Origin: a bacterium | GTDB lineage: Bacteria > RBG-13-61-14 > DATKZS01 | Assembly: GCA_046484135.1 (NCBI GenBank) | Contig: JAWOBU010000006.1 | Span: forward strand, 1 to 34,419 | Direction of reading: 5' to 3' | Length of the DNA: 34,419 bases | Shown: one piece after another, positions 1 through 10,301 of the stretch | How the letters are laid out: each line of letters opens with the position of its first letter | Numbering within the stretch: position 1 is the stretch's first letter | Notes under the pieces: model-generated | What the model was told of the DNA's origin: nothing | Seen by the model: only the letters and a program-made list of their open reading frames with translations | Database searches by the model: none | Translations under genes and position numbers: made by a program

Positions 1-722
1 GTATCCGGCACAAGAAGGGCCGGGAGGACGCCAAGCGCGGCAAGATATTTACCAAGCTGATCCGGGAGCTCTCGATCGCCGCCCGGCTGGGCGGTTCTGA
101 CCCGGAGAGCAACCCGCGTTTGCGGCAGGCCATTGACGCGGCCAAGTCGTCCAATATGCCCAACGATAACATCGAGCGCGCGATCAAGAAGGGCGCAGGC
201 GGCGCTGACGGCGCGGCCTACGAAGAGGTCAACTTTGAAGGATACGGCCCGGCGGGCGTGGCGGTGCTGGTGGAGGCGCAGACTGACAACCGCAACCGTA
301 CGGTTTCGGAGCTCCGCCATTTCTTTGACCGTTATAACGGCAAGCTGGGGGAGGCGGGCTGCGTATCGTGGATGTTTGACAAGCGGGGCCTTATCATGAT
401 TGACAAGTCTGATGCGGACGAGGACACGGTCATGGACATTGCCCTGGACGCGGGGGCGGAGGACATCCGGGGAGAAGGCGACTTCTGGGAGGTTCTTACT
501 TCAACGGACGACTATGAATCGGTCAAGCAGGCTTTTGATGCTAAAGGGGTTCCCCACCAGGGAAGGATAGCCATGATTCCTCAAACCACGGTCCAGCTTT
601 CCGGCAAGTCTGCGGAGCAGATGCTCAAGCTGATGGAGGCGCTGGAGGACTTGGATGATGTTCAGAACGTATGGGCCAACTTTGACATTCCGGACGAGGA
701 GATGGAACGGCTCTCCGCCTGA
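1..722 (+). CDS. yebC: YebC/PmpR family protein (5'-partial, starts before window)
   Basis: Frame is open from base 3 ([22 protein letters not shown]) and continues into [29 protein letters not shown] and [13 protein letters not shown]. Usual position upstream of ruvC. Confidence 0.96.
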   Translation, partial: IRHKKGREDAKRGKIFTKLIRELSIAARLGGSDPESNPRLRQAIDAAKSSNMPNDNIERAIKKGAGGADGAAYEEVNFEGYGPAGVAVLVEAQTDNRNRTVSELRHFFDRYNGKLGEAGCVSWMFDKRGLIMIDKSDADEDTVMDIALDAGAEDIRGEGDFWEVLTSTDDYESVKQAFDAKGVPHQGRIAMIPQTTVQLSGKSAEQMLKLMEALEDLDDVQNVWANFDIPDEEMERLSA

Positions 723-731
723 GGATTTTAT

Positions 732-1250
732 ATGATCATACTGGGAGTTGATCCTGGACTTCGCTGCACCGGTTACGGCGGGATATCAATACAGGGCCCG
801 TCTCCGGAGATAGTGGAGGCCGGGGTTGTCCGCACCACCAACGGCTCCGAGCTGGGCGAGCGGCTGGACGAGCTTTCCGAAGGGCTTTCCCGGGTAATGG
901 ACAGCATAGCTCCCGAGGTCATGGTGGTGGAATCGCTTTATTCCCATTACAACCATCCTCGCACCGCCATTATGATGGGCCACGCCCGGGGCGTGATCAT
1001 ACTGGCGGCGTCCCAAAGAGGGGTCCCGATTATTGATTACCCGGCCACCCGGATCAAGAAGTCCCTTACCGGCGGGGGCCGGGCGACCAAGGAGCAGATG
1101 CAGCGGACCATTGCGTCGGTGCTGAAGATGGAAAAGGTCCCCGAGCCCGCGGACGTTGCCGACGCCCTGGCGGTGGCCCTTTGCCACGTCAATGTAGTAA
1201 GACACGGCTTTTCCAAGCGCGCTTATGCCGGAGGAGGCAGCAGGGTTTGA
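732..1250 (+). CDS. ruvC: Holliday junction resolvase RuvC
   Basis: ILGVDPG..TGYG, VVE, GHARGV, IKKSLTGGGRATKEQM and DVADALAVALCH motifs; RBS gagga upstream. Confidence 0.96.
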   Translation: MIILGVDPGLRCTGYGGISIQGPSPEIVEAGVVRTTNGSELGERLDELSEGLSRVMDSIAPEVMVVESLYSHYNHPRTAIMMGHARGVIILAASQRGVPIIDYPATRIKKSLTGGGRATKEQMQRTIASVLKMEKVPEPADVADALAVALCHVNVVRHGFSKRAYAGGGSRV

Positions 1251-1879
1251 TCTCCAGGATCAGGGGCACACTGGCTTCGGTTTCCGAGCTCCGGGTGGAG
1301 GTTGAAAACCGGGGAGTCTTTTACGAAATCATGGTTCCTTCCTATCTGGCTTCAGACCTGGTGAGCAAGAAGGGTGAACAAGTAGAGCTCTTCACCCACC
1401 ACTTTCTGGAAGGCGGCCAGGGCTCGTCGAGCCTTGCTCCGAGGCTGGTGGGCTTTTTGAGCGAGGGAGAGAAGGAGTTTTACTCCCACTTGGTCAAGGT
1501 GCCGGGCATGGGGTCCCGCATGGTTTTGAAGGCCATGACGGTGGCGCCGGCGAAGATAGCCCGGGCCATCGAGACAGAGGACCGGACCGCACTGGCGGAG
1601 CTTCCGGGCCTGGGCAAGCGGACCGCGGACAAGGTGATTGCGGCTTTGAAAGGCAAGCTTTCCGAGTACGCGCTTCCCTCCGAGGAGGACTTGAGCCGGC
1701 CGCCGGTGCTGGGCGAGATGGAGGAGGACGCCGTACAGGTACTTCTTCAGCTTTCCTACAAGCGGGCTGAAGCGGAGAACATGGTGCGGATAGTGACTCG
1801 GAACGCTTCCGGTTACGAAAGCGCGGACGAGATCGTACAAGCAGTGTTCAAGCAGGTTGGAACAGGGGCGGCGAGATGA
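1247..1879 (+). CDS. ruvA: Holliday junction branch migration protein RuvA
   Basis: TTG start at 1247 overlaps the ruvC stop (TTGA) and gives MISRIRGTL. HhH motifs KVPGMG and LPGLGKRTA; C-terminal DAVQVLLQLSY..AEAE. Confidence 0.93.
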   Translation: MISRIRGTLASVSELRVEVENRGVFYEIMVPSYLASDLVSKKGEQVELFTHHFLEGGQGSSSLAPRLVGFLSEGEKEFYSHLVKVPGMGSRMVLKAMTVAPAKIARAIETEDRTALAELPGLGKRTADKVIAALKGKLSEYALPSEEDLSRPPVLGEMEEDAVQVLLQLSYKRAEAENMVRIVTRNASGYESADEIVQAVFKQVGTGAAR

Positions 1880-2907
1880 CGGTGGACAGGATCATAAGCG
1901 GCAGCGCGCTTTCCCCCGAGGACGAGTCTTTCGGCTGGAGCCTCCGGCCGGAGCGGCTTTGCGACTACATCGGACAGTGTTCGGTGGTGGAAAAGCTCGA
2001 GATAGCCATCCAGGCGGCCCGGCAGAGGAAAGAGCCGCTCGAACACGTTCTTTTTCATGGTCCTCCGGGACTGGGCAAGACCACCCTGGCCCATATCATC
2101 TCCCGGGAGATGGACTCCAAACTGGTGTGCAGCTCCGGGCCGGCCCTGCAGAGGCCCGGCGACCTCATGGGGGTCCTTACCAACCTGGAGCGCGGCGACG
2201 TTCTGTTTATAGACGAAATCCACCGGTTGAGCTCGACGGTGGAGGAGTTCATCTACCCGGCCATGGAGGACTTCAAGGTTGACTTTGTGGTGGACAAGGG
2301 CATGTACGCCAAGACCATCAACGTTCCCCTCCAGCCTTTCACGCTGGTGGGGGCCACCACACGGGCCGGACTGGTTACGGCGCCTTTGCGGGAGCGGTTC
2401 GGTATTACTCATCACCTGGACTTTTATCCTGCTTCGGAGCTGTTCCGCATCCTGGTCCGCTCAGCTCAGCTTCTCGAGATCGAGGCTGCGGAAGAGGCCT
2501 TGCAAATCCTGGCCCAGCGCTCGCGGGGGACACCCCGGACCGCCAACCGCATCCTCCGGCGGGTCCGCGACTATGCCCAGGTCCGGGCGGATGGAAAAAT
2601 CACCGACGAGGTGGCGCGCCAGTCCCTGGATATCGAAGGAGTGGACGAGCACGGCCTGGACGAGCTGGACCGGAAGTTCCTCCGGATGATCATAGATTAT
2701 TATAACGGAGGGCCGGTAGGCATCGAGGCCATCGGCGCCACCTTGAACGAAGAGGTTGACACCCTTGTGGACGTGGTCGAGCCTTTCATGCTCAAGATCG
2801 GTTTTGTAAACCGCACCCGGAAAGGACGCTGCATCACCCACCGGGCCTACCAGCACCTCGGCATCAAGCCGCCGCCGCAAACGGCGCCCGGACTTTTCGA
2901 CGAGTAA
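1876..2907 (+). CDS. ruvB: Holliday junction branch migration ATPase RuvB
   Basis: LRP..L.DYIGQ, GPPGLGKTT, LFIDEIHRL, GATTRAG, PLRERFG and SRGTPR; ATGA overlap with ruvA. Confidence 0.98.
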   Translation: MTVDRIISGSALSPEDESFGWSLRPERLCDYIGQCSVVEKLEIAIQAARQRKEPLEHVLFHGPPGLGKTTLAHIISREMDSKLVCSSGPALQRPGDLMGVLTNLERGDVLFIDEIHRLSSTVEEFIYPAMEDFKVDFVVDKGMYAKTINVPLQPFTLVGATTRAGLVTAPLRERFGITHHLDFYPASELFRILVRSAQLLEIEAAEEALQILAQRSRGTPRTANRILRRVRDYAQVRADGKITDEVARQSLDIEGVDEHGLDELDRKFLRMIIDYYNGGPVGIEAIGATLNEEVDTLVDVVEPFMLKIGFVNRTRKGRCITHRAYQHLGIKPPPQTAPGLFDE

Positions 2908-2931
2908 ATAAAACACCGCTCCGGAGCATTG

Positions 2932-4695
2932 ATGGCCGAACAACAAAACAACATTGAGGAGCTGGCCAGAACCGGCGAGAAGATTATCGGCCGCGACCTG
3001 TCCGGCCAGGACCTTTCCCGCCGGCAGTTCGCAAACGCCGTGTTCGAAAAGTGCGATCTCTCCGGCGCGAACCTTTCCTACTCCGAGCTCAGGGGTGCCT
3101 CTTTCATCGAGTGCAGCCTGCAAGCCGCCCTGTTCAAGGCGGCCACCTTGAACCATTCCGTTTTTAAAGACCTGGACGCCACCGGCGCCGACTTCGAGAC
3201 CGCCATCCTGGAAGAGGTGCGCTTCGAAAACGCCAGCCTCGATAAGTGCCGCTTTTTAAAGACCGATCTTTTAAAGGCACAAATATCGAACTCGTCCTTT
3301 AAGGCAGCGGACTTTACCGGCGCCCTGCTGGGGCCGGAGCAGCTCCGGGCGGGCGTATTTACCGGTGCGGTGCTGACCGACATGAACCTCGAGAAGTCGG
3401 AACTCTCCGGGCTGGACCTTTCCGGCGCGGACTTAAGGTCCGCCAAGTTTCGCGGCAGCCGCCTGGAGGGAATGTGTTTGCGGGAGGCCCGGCTCGACCT
3501 TGCGGACCTCCGGGAATGCCGGATCAAGGGCATGGATGCTTATAAAGCGACCATGCAGGGAGCCCGGCTTTCGGGCGCGGTGATAAGGGAGTCGTCGCTT
3601 TCGGGGGCCGATCTTACCGAGGCTGTACTGGACAACTCGCAGTGGCAGAGCTCCGACCTGGAGGGTGCGGTGCTGAATAACGTCTCGGCGCGGGAGGCCG
3701 GCTTTGCCGGCTGTCACTTCGAGCTTTGCAAGGCCCGTTACGCGGTGTTCGATTCCACGGATTTCATCGCCTGCGGGTTCTACCGGGCCGATCTGACCAA
3801 TGCTTCTTTTGAAAACACGAACTTTGTCCATCCCGATTTCGAAGCGGCCCAGCTCGCGGGCGCCAATCTGTCCGGCCGGCGTCTCTCCCAGGCCAACCTG
3901 AAAGAGTCCCACCTCACCGGAAGCGATCTTTCCGGCGCCGACCTTTCGGGAGCGGACTTAAGCTTTGCCAAGCTGAACGCAGCCAACTTGAACCGCGCCG
4001 GCCTGGCAGGCGCCAACCTTACCGGGACCAAGCTGACCAAGTCGGTCATGCGGGGCGCAAACCTCTCGGGCGGACGCCTGGACCGGGCCAACCTGGACCG
4101 CACCGACCTGGGGAACGCCAACCTGAGCCGGTCCGTAATGCGCAACGCCAAGCTGCGCCGAACCCGGCTCACCGGAGCCAACCTGGGCGACGCCGAGCTG
4201 TTCTCGGTGGAAATGACGGGCGCCGACCTCTCCGGAGCCATGCTGGAAGGAGCGAACATCAAAAAGGCGGAGACCAGGCCCCGCTGCTCCGTCTGCGGGT
4301 CCTTCCTCGAAGGCGACGGGACCTGTCTTTCCTGTAAACAACAGGAGATAGGCGCGCTCATCCTGGCCCGGCGGTCCCGGCCTATCTACTTCACCCTCTT
4401 TCTCAGCCTCCTGGCCGGACCGTTAAACTTTATCTTGACCCCTCTTTTCGCGGATGTCCTGGCAAAGGGGCCGGAGCTCGAAAGCTCGGTCTTTGGAATA
4501 GGGTTCTCCCTCGGGATCGTGCTTTCCGCCATGGCCTTCTTTGTAGGAGTTGTGACCTCCCGAAAAAGCGAAGGGAGAGAGCGCCGGCTTTACGTGGCCA
4601 ACTCCTTCCTCTCCTGCCTGAACGTGGCGGTCCTGGCCGCCCTCTTGGCCGGCTTTTCCATTCTCGAGGTCCCATTATGGGGAGGGATGCCTTGA
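2932..4695 (+). CDS. Pentapeptide-repeat protein with C-terminal CxxC/CxxC zinc ribbon and about 3 TM helices
   Basis: About 430 aa of A(D/N)LSG-type repeats, then CSVC-x9-CLSC, then three hydrophobic segments. RBS ggag precedes ATG 2932. Confidence 0.88.
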   Translation: MAEQQNNIEELARTGEKIIGRDLSGQDLSRRQFANAVFEKCDLSGANLSYSELRGASFIECSLQAALFKAATLNHSVFKDLDATGADFETAILEEVRFENASLDKCRFLKTDLLKAQISNSSFKAADFTGALLGPEQLRAGVFTGAVLTDMNLEKSELSGLDLSGADLRSAKFRGSRLEGMCLREARLDLADLRECRIKGMDAYKATMQGARLSGAVIRESSLSGADLTEAVLDNSQWQSSDLEGAVLNNVSAREAGFAGCHFELCKARYAVFDSTDFIACGFYRADLTNASFENTNFVHPDFEAAQLAGANLSGRRLSQANLKESHLTGSDLSGADLSGADLSFAKLNAANLNRAGLAGANLTGTKLTKSVMRGANLSGGRLDRANLDRTDLGNANLSRSVMRNAKLRRTRLTGANLGDAELFSVEMTGADLSGAMLEGANIKKAETRPRCSVCGSFLEGDGTCLSCKQQEIGALILARRSRPIYFTLFLSLLAGPLNFILTPLFADVLAKGPELESSVFGIGFSLGIVLSAMAFFVGVVTSRKSEGRERRLYVANSFLSCLNVAVLAALLAGFSILEVPLWGGMP

Positions 4696-5249
4696 AGGTC
4701 CTCATGCACGTCTGTTGCGGCCCCTGCGCCGTTTACCCTACGGACACGCTCCGGGCGGAAAGTATGGAGCTCATGCTCTACTTTTTCAACCCCAATGTCC
4801 AGCCCTACCAGGAGTTCGAACGCAGACTGAATGCGGCCCGCAGGTTCGCGGAACAGGCCGGCCTCAAGATGATCGAGGATACGCTTTACGACCCCGAGGA
4901 GTGGTTCCGGATGATGGCCTTCCGAGAGTCCTTCCGTTGCCGGATTTGCTACCGGACGCGGCTGGAGGCCGCGGCGCAGGTGGCCCGGCGCGGCGGGTTC
5001 GACGCCTTTACCACCACCATTCTCTATTCGAAACAACAGCATCACGACCTGGCGCGCGAGCTTGGCGAGGCCGTGGGCGAGGACAAGGGAGTACCTTTCC
5101 TCTACCGCGATTTCCGGCATGGCTGGAAAGAAGGGATTGAAAAAAGCAAAGAGCTCGAGCTTTACCGCCAGCAGTACTGCGGCTGCATCTACAGCGAGCG
5201 GGACCGGTTTCAAGGGCGGCGGGAGAAAACGCGGGAGCGGGGGTCTTGA
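4692..5249 (+). CDS. queH: Epoxyqueuosine reductase QueH (DUF208)
   Basis: TTG at 4692 overlaps the upstream stop. MKVLMHVCCGPC, FFNPNVQPYQE..RR, RC..CY..RL and YRQQYCGCIYS are the DUF208 signature motifs. Confidence 0.92.
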   Translation: MKVLMHVCCGPCAVYPTDTLRAESMELMLYFFNPNVQPYQEFERRLNAARRFAEQAGLKMIEDTLYDPEEWFRMMAFRESFRCRICYRTRLEAAAQVARRGGFDAFTTTILYSKQQHHDLARELGEAVGEDKGVPFLYRDFRHGWKEGIEKSKELELYRQQYCGCIYSERDRFQGRREKTRERGS

Positions 5250-7654
5250 GTGCCATGGAGGTGTTGAGCCACATACCTGCGCCCGGGCTCGCCAGCCTGC
5301 TTTCGGTAACCGGAGTGGTGGCCGGACTTCTTTCCCTGTTTTTCCTGACTCTTTACAAGGAAGAGAGGGAGCTCGCCAGGTCGAGCAGGATCAGCCTGGA
5401 GGGAAAGAGCCGGCGGTGGATCGAAAAAAAGGTCCAGGAGCTGGTGCGGGTCGAGGCCTTCCGGGTGGCCGCGGACCTTGAGACCCATTTGAACCGCTTC
5501 CAGGACGCGGCTGAGCTTTACCGGAAGGGCGGCAACTTAAAGCGGGCGGCGGAGAGCTATCTTGCGGCGGGGATGAAGTCGGAGGCCGCCGAGGCTTACT
5601 TGCAGAGCCATAACTACAAGCGGGCCGCGGAGCTTTTCCTGGAGGCGGGAGTTTATGACCGGGCCGCCCGTACGAACCAGGAAGCGGGAGAGATCATCCA
5701 GGCGGCGCAGATTTACGAGAGAGGCGGAAACCTTGACAAGGCCGCCGAGATCTATCTCGAGCAGGGCCTGTTCCGGAAGGCGGCCCGGATTTACGCTTCC
5801 AAGAAGCAATGGAGCAGGGCCGCGGACACGCTCTGGCGCTGTTACAGCCAGGAGCGGGCCCGTCTTCCCGAGGAGATCGCCGCGGGCGACAGCATGCCGC
5901 TCCGGGTCCTGGCGCGGCGTTCGGGCGACCTGTTTTACCGGGCTGGCCGTTACGAGGACGCGGTGGAAGCATACCGTGCGGGAGGCTGGACCCTGCAGAC
6001 GGCGAAGACCTTGCAGGAGTGGGAGCGGTTCGAGCAGGCAGGCGAGGAGTATCTGAAGGCGGGAGAGAACGTAGCCGCTGCGGAGTGTTTTGAGAAAGCC
6101 GGCAGGCACTCGGATGCTTCCCGGCTCAGGGCCCATCATTTTCTCAAGGTGGGAGACGAAGAAAAGGCCGTGCCGTACCTGGAGGAGGCCGGCGAGTATA
6201 AGCAGGCGGCGATGATCTGCAAGAGACTTTCCAGGTGGCAACAGGCCGCAGAGAACTTCGAGAAGTCGGAGGACTTCCGGGAAGCGGCAGAGATGTACGG
6301 CAAGTCGGGGGACAACGAAAGCGCGGCCCGCGTGCTGGAGCGGGCGGGCGATTACGGGTCAGCCGCGGATTATTACGGCAAGGCCGGCAATGAAAAGGCT
6401 CGGGCAGACGCTTTGGAGAAGGCGGGCTCTTACCTGGAGGCCGGCAGGAGTTACCTCGAGCAGGAGCTTTCCGACCAGGCCATCAGCGCTTTGCAGAAGA
6501 TGGAGCGGGACGACCCGGGTTTCAAGAACGCCTGTTTTATTCTGGGGGAAATCTTCCGGGACAGAGGTATGTATGACCTGGCCCGCCGGTACTTCCACCG
6601 GACGGTGGAGGACCAGGAGGTCTCCCGCAGCAACCTGGAGAACTTTTACCAGTACGCCTTCTGCTCGGAGCAACTGGGCGAGTACGAGGAGGCCGCCGGT
6701 CTTTATGAAAAGATACTGGTGCTGGACTTCCACTTCCGGGACGCTTCCGAACGGTTAAACTCGATCAAGTCCAGCCGTACCATGGTGGACACCCCGAGCG
6801 GAGCGGAGCAGGCGGCGACTGTCTCGCGCGGGCCGGTATCCGGGTCCGCGGAGCGGCCGGGTCGGCCTTCCCGGTATAACCTTCTTGAAGAAGTGGGACG
6901 CGGGGGTATGGGGATCGTGTACAAGGCGGAGGACTCGACCCTGGAGCGGACCGTGGCTTTCAAGGTCCTGCCCTCCAACTTGAAGGACCATCCTCAGGCG
7001 CTCCGGAACTTTTTCCGGGAAGCCAAGAGCGCGGCGCGTCTCAATCATCCCAATATCGTGACCGTCTATGACGCGGGGGAGGAGAGCGAGACTTATTACA
7101 TAGCCATGGAGTTCGTGGAGGGGGACACCATCAAGTACATCCTGACCAAGGAAGGGGTATTCAGTCCCCGGGCCATCCTGGTGATAGCGGGCCAGGTCTG
7201 CAAAGCCCTCGAGTACGCACACGGCCGCCGCGTCGTCCACCGCGACATAAAGAGCTCCAATATTATGTGGACCCCCGACAAGCAGGTCAAGATCATGGAC
7301 TTCGGCCTGGCCAAGGTGCTCGAAGAGGTCAAGGGATACCAGACCATAGCCTCGGGGACCCCTTATTACATGAGCCCCGAGCAGGTCCTGGGAAAAGACA
7401 TAGACCATCGCACCGACATCTACTCTTTGGGGATCACCATGTTCGAGATGGCCACCGGCGCGCTGCCTTTCATGCAGGGGGACGCAACCTACCACCACGT
7501 CCATACCCCTCCGCCGGAAGCAAAGGACAAGAACCCGGATGTACCCGATGAGCTCAACCGGATAATCCTGCGCTGCATGCAGAAGGACCCGGACGAGCGC
7601 TTTGAAAACGCCCGGGACCTGTTTAACGCCTTCCGGAGCGTGGCCACGGCATAG
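5246..7654 (+). CDS. Membrane-anchored Hanks-type Ser/Thr protein kinase with long TPR/SNAP-like helical repeat region
   Basis: N-terminal TM; repeated (K/R)AAE.Y..AG units; C-terminal GRGGMGIVY, VAFK, HPNIV, HRDIKSSN, DFG and GTPYYMSPE. Start is TTG 5246 (overlapping the queH stop) or ATG 5255. Confidence 0.92.
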   Translation: MSAMEVLSHIPAPGLASLLSVTGVVAGLLSLFFLTLYKEERELARSSRISLEGKSRRWIEKKVQELVRVEAFRVAADLETHLNRFQDAAELYRKGGNLKRAAESYLAAGMKSEAAEAYLQSHNYKRAAELFLEAGVYDRAARTNQEAGEIIQAAQIYERGGNLDKAAEIYLEQGLFRKAARIYASKKQWSRAADTLWRCYSQERARLPEEIAAGDSMPLRVLARRSGDLFYRAGRYEDAVEAYRAGGWTLQTAKTLQEWERFEQAGEEYLKAGENVAAAECFEKAGRHSDASRLRAHHFLKVGDEEKAVPYLEEAGEYKQAAMICKRLSRWQQAAENFEKSEDFREAAEMYGKSGDNESAARVLERAGDYGSAADYYGKAGNEKARADALEKAGSYLEAGRSYLEQELSDQAISALQKMERDDPGFKNACFILGEIFRDRGMYDLARRYFHRTVEDQEVSRSNLENFYQYAFCSEQLGEYEEAAGLYEKILVLDFHFRDASERLNSIKSSRTMVDTPSGAEQAATVSRGPVSGSAERPGRPSRYNLLEEVGRGGMGIVYKAEDSTLERTVAFKVLPSNLKDHPQALRNFFREAKSAARLNHPNIVTVYDAGEESETYYIAMEFVEGDTIKYILTKEGVFSPRAILVIAGQVCKALEYAHGRRVVHRDIKSSNIMWTPDKQVKIMDFGLAKVLEEVKGYQTIASGTPYYMSPEQVLGKDIDHRTDIYSLGITMFEMATGALPFMQGDATYHHVHTPPPEAKDKNPDVPDELNRIILRCMQKDPDERFENARDLFNAFRSVATA

Positions 7655-7713
7655 CCCGCCAACGAGGCCGCCCGGCCGCGTCAGCGGGTATCCGCTTAAG
7701 GAGAAGAGTCTTC

Positions 7714-8418
7714 ATGTACTTCCCTGAAGTTTGTTTCAAAGGACATACTCCGGACGGCTCTTTATTCCTGGTCCGAAAGTACCGGCCCGAAGACAGGGAC
7801 CGCGTCCGGTGGATATGCTCGGAGACCGGTTTTCTGGGAAGCCCCCAGGAGCCGTTTTACGTGGGCAGAGAGGAGTTCGCTGACGTGTGGTCCGGCTACT
7901 GGACGGACTACGAGCCGGAGAGCGCGTTCGTGGCGGAAGTGAACGGCCGGGTGGAAGGGTATCTCCTGGGATGCGTGGACACGCTCCGGCAGAACCGTAT
8001 CTGGAAAGACGAGATTCTGCCCCGCGCGACTCGAAGGATGCTCCGGCCCCGCTGGTGGAGACACCCGGAAAACCGGGCCTTCATCCGGGCCAACCTTCGC
8101 TCCCGACGGCGGGGCGAGTTCAATGTGCCCATGGGAGTAGTAGTGGACAAGTTCCCCGCCCACCTGCACATCAACATCGCCGACCCGGCCTTACGGGGCA
8201 CCGGCCTCGGCAAGAAGCTCATGACAGCCTACTTCCGCTACTTAAAGGCACGGGGAGTAAAAGGCGTGCACCTGGGCACGACCTCTCATAACCGGCAGGC
8301 CCTGCCTTTATATCATCATCTCGGCTTCCAGGTACTCATCAAAAAACGACTGACCATGTATGACCACGTCATCGAGGACCCGCCGCTCTACTTCCTGTGT
8401 ATGGGAAAGAAGCTTTAG
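7714..8418 (+). CDS. GNAT family N-acetyltransferase
   Basis: FVAEVNGRVEGYLLG, PAHLHINI..ALRGTGLGKKLM (acetyl-CoA motif A) and N..A..LY..LGF. Confidence 0.88.
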   Translation: MYFPEVCFKGHTPDGSLFLVRKYRPEDRDRVRWICSETGFLGSPQEPFYVGREEFADVWSGYWTDYEPESAFVAEVNGRVEGYLLGCVDTLRQNRIWKDEILPRATRRMLRPRWWRHPENRAFIRANLRSRRRGEFNVPMGVVVDKFPAHLHINIADPALRGTGLGKKLMTAYFRYLKARGVKGVHLGTTSHNRQALPLYHHLGFQVLIKKRLTMYDHVIEDPPLYFLCMGKKL

Positions 8419-8498
8419 CGTCTTTTTATCTGTCTTTTCTTTTGCGCGCGTATCTGCTACTTTTAAAATAAAGTTCATAGAAGGAAGGAGGATTTCTT

Positions 8499-9425
8499 AT
8501 GTCGCGGAAGAAGATCACGGTAGTAGGGGCCGGAAACGTAGGAGCGAGCACCGCCCATCTTTTGGCCCTGAAAGGGTGGGCGGACGTGGTGCTGGTTGAT
8601 ATAGTCAAGGGCCTTCCGCAAGGCAAGAGCCTGGACCTTTCCCAGTCCGCTCCTCTGTACGGATATGACGCGAACATCCAGGGAACCAACTCCTACGGTC
8701 CTACCCGGAACTCGGACCTCGTGATCATCACCTCGGGAATCCCCCGGAAGCCCGGAATGAGCCGCGACGAGCTTATCAAAACCAACACCGGGATAGTAAA
8801 GGACGTTACTCAAAAGATAAAGAAGAGCTCTCCCAAGTCCGTCATCATGGTGGTGTGCAATCCTTTGGACGCCATGGTGTACGTGGCCGGCAAGGTGAGC
8901 GGCTTTCCCGGAAAGCGGGTCATGGGCATGGCCGGCGTTTTGGACACCTCGCGGTTCCGGACCTTCCTGGCCCAGGAGCTGGGCTGCTCGGCCCAGGACG
9001 TTACCGCCATGGTGCTGGGCGGCCACGGCGACACCATGGTCCCCCTGGTGCGTTACTCGACCATGGCGGGTATACCCGTTACCGATCTGCTTTCCAAAAA
9101 GCGCATCAACGAGATCGCGGAAAGGACCGCTTACGGCGGCGGCGAGATCGTGAAGGCCATGAACACGAGCGCCTACTATACGCCGGCGGCGGCGGTGGTG
9201 GAGATGGCGGAGTCTGTGCTGCTCGACCGGAAGCGGGTCCTGCCCTGCGCCGCGTACTTAAACGGCGAGTACGGGGCCAAGGGCATCTGGGCCGGAGTGC
9301 CGTGTGTCCTGGGCAGCCGGGGCGTGGAGCGGATCATCGAGGTGAAGCTGAATAAAGAGGAGCGGATGAAGTTCGACAGGTCCATAAAACACGTGAAGGA
9401 GCTGGTGAAAAAGATCGAGGTTTGA
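8499..9425 (+). CDS. mdh: Malate dehydrogenase (LDH-like tetrameric type)
   Basis: [24 protein letters not shown] (Arg specificity loop), NPLD, GVLDTSR and LGGHGD; strong RBS aaggagg. Confidence 0.95.
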   Translation: MSRKKITVVGAGNVGASTAHLLALKGWADVVLVDIVKGLPQGKSLDLSQSAPLYGYDANIQGTNSYGPTRNSDLVIITSGIPRKPGMSRDELIKTNTGIVKDVTQKIKKSSPKSVIMVVCNPLDAMVYVAGKVSGFPGKRVMGMAGVLDTSRFRTFLAQELGCSAQDVTAMVLGGHGDTMVPLVRYSTMAGIPVTDLLSKKRINEIAERTAYGGGEIVKAMNTSAYYTPAAAVVEMAESVLLDRKRVLPCAAYLNGEYGAKGIWAGVPCVLGSRGVERIIEVKLNKEERMKFDRSIKHVKELVKKIEV

Positions 9426-9447
9426 GCTGGAGCAGGGGGAGAGGAAA

Positions 9448-10287
9448 TTGCGTTCCATAAAAGCGCAGGAGATCGAGGACAGGGTCCGGGAGTTATGCAT
9501 CGAAACCTGCATCGTGGCTGACCCGGCCCTGGTCCGGGCATTTGAGGAAGGAAAGAAAAAGGAAGATTCCGCTCTTGCCCGCGATACCCTGGAGAGACTT
9601 ATCGAGAACACCAGGATAGCGGAACAAGAACGGTTGCCCATCTGCCAGGACACGGGGCTGGCCATATTCTTCGTGGAGCTGGGCGAGGACTTGAAGATCG
9701 AGGGCGGCGCCTTGACCGAGGCCGTAAACCGGGGCATGGTCCGGGGCTACCAGGACGGATACCTGCGCAAGTCCACCTGCCACTGCCTTACCCGCAAGAA
9801 CCGGGGCGACAACTCGCCGGCCTACATCCACCTCGACCTGGTGCCGGGCGACGGCCTCAAGATATCGTTCATGGCCAAGGGAGGCGGCTCGGAGAACATG
9901 GGCGGAGTGCGGCTTTTAAAGCCGGGCCAGGGCTGGCAGGGCATAAGCGACTTTGTTGTAGAGACGGTTGACAAGGCGGGCCCGAACCCTTGTCCGCCGG
10001 TAATAGTGGGCGTGGGAGTGGGCGGCCCCATGGAGGTCGCCGCCTTGAACTCGAAGAAGGTGTTGTTGCAGGAGACGGAAGGCGTAAACCCCGACCCGGA
10101 GCTGGCGGAGAAAGAGGCCGAGCTTCTGGAGCGCATCAACAAACTGGGCGTCGGCCCGGAAGGCTTCGGCGGGCGGACCACTGCGCTCGCGGTGCACATC
10201 ATGTCCGCGCCCTGCCACATAGCCAGCCTGCCGGTGGCGGTAAGCCTTGCCTGCCAGGCCAGCCGGTCGGGAAGCATCACCTTTTGA
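9448..10287 (+). CDS. Fe-S hydro-lyase (class I fumarate hydratase / tartrate dehydratase) alpha subunit
   Basis: PICQDTG, GYLRKS, KGGGSEN, NPCPP, GFGG.TT and PCHIASLPV; follows mdh. Confidence 0.93.
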   Translation: MRSIKAQEIEDRVRELCIETCIVADPALVRAFEEGKKKEDSALARDTLERLIENTRIAEQERLPICQDTGLAIFFVELGEDLKIEGGALTEAVNRGMVRGYQDGYLRKSTCHCLTRKNRGDNSPAYIHLDLVPGDGLKISFMAKGGGSENMGGVRLLKPGQGWQGISDFVVETVDKAGPNPCPPVIVGVGVGGPMEVAALNSKKVLLQETEGVNPDPELAEKEAELLERINKLGVGPEGFGGRTTALAVHIMSAPCHIASLPVAVSLACQASRSGSITF

Positions 10288-10301
10288 GGGAGAACCGGTA
10301 G

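Noticed and set aside
2990..4260. Recurrent GCCAACCTG/GCCGACCTT DNA repeats
   Set aside because: Fully explained by pentapeptide-repeat coding.
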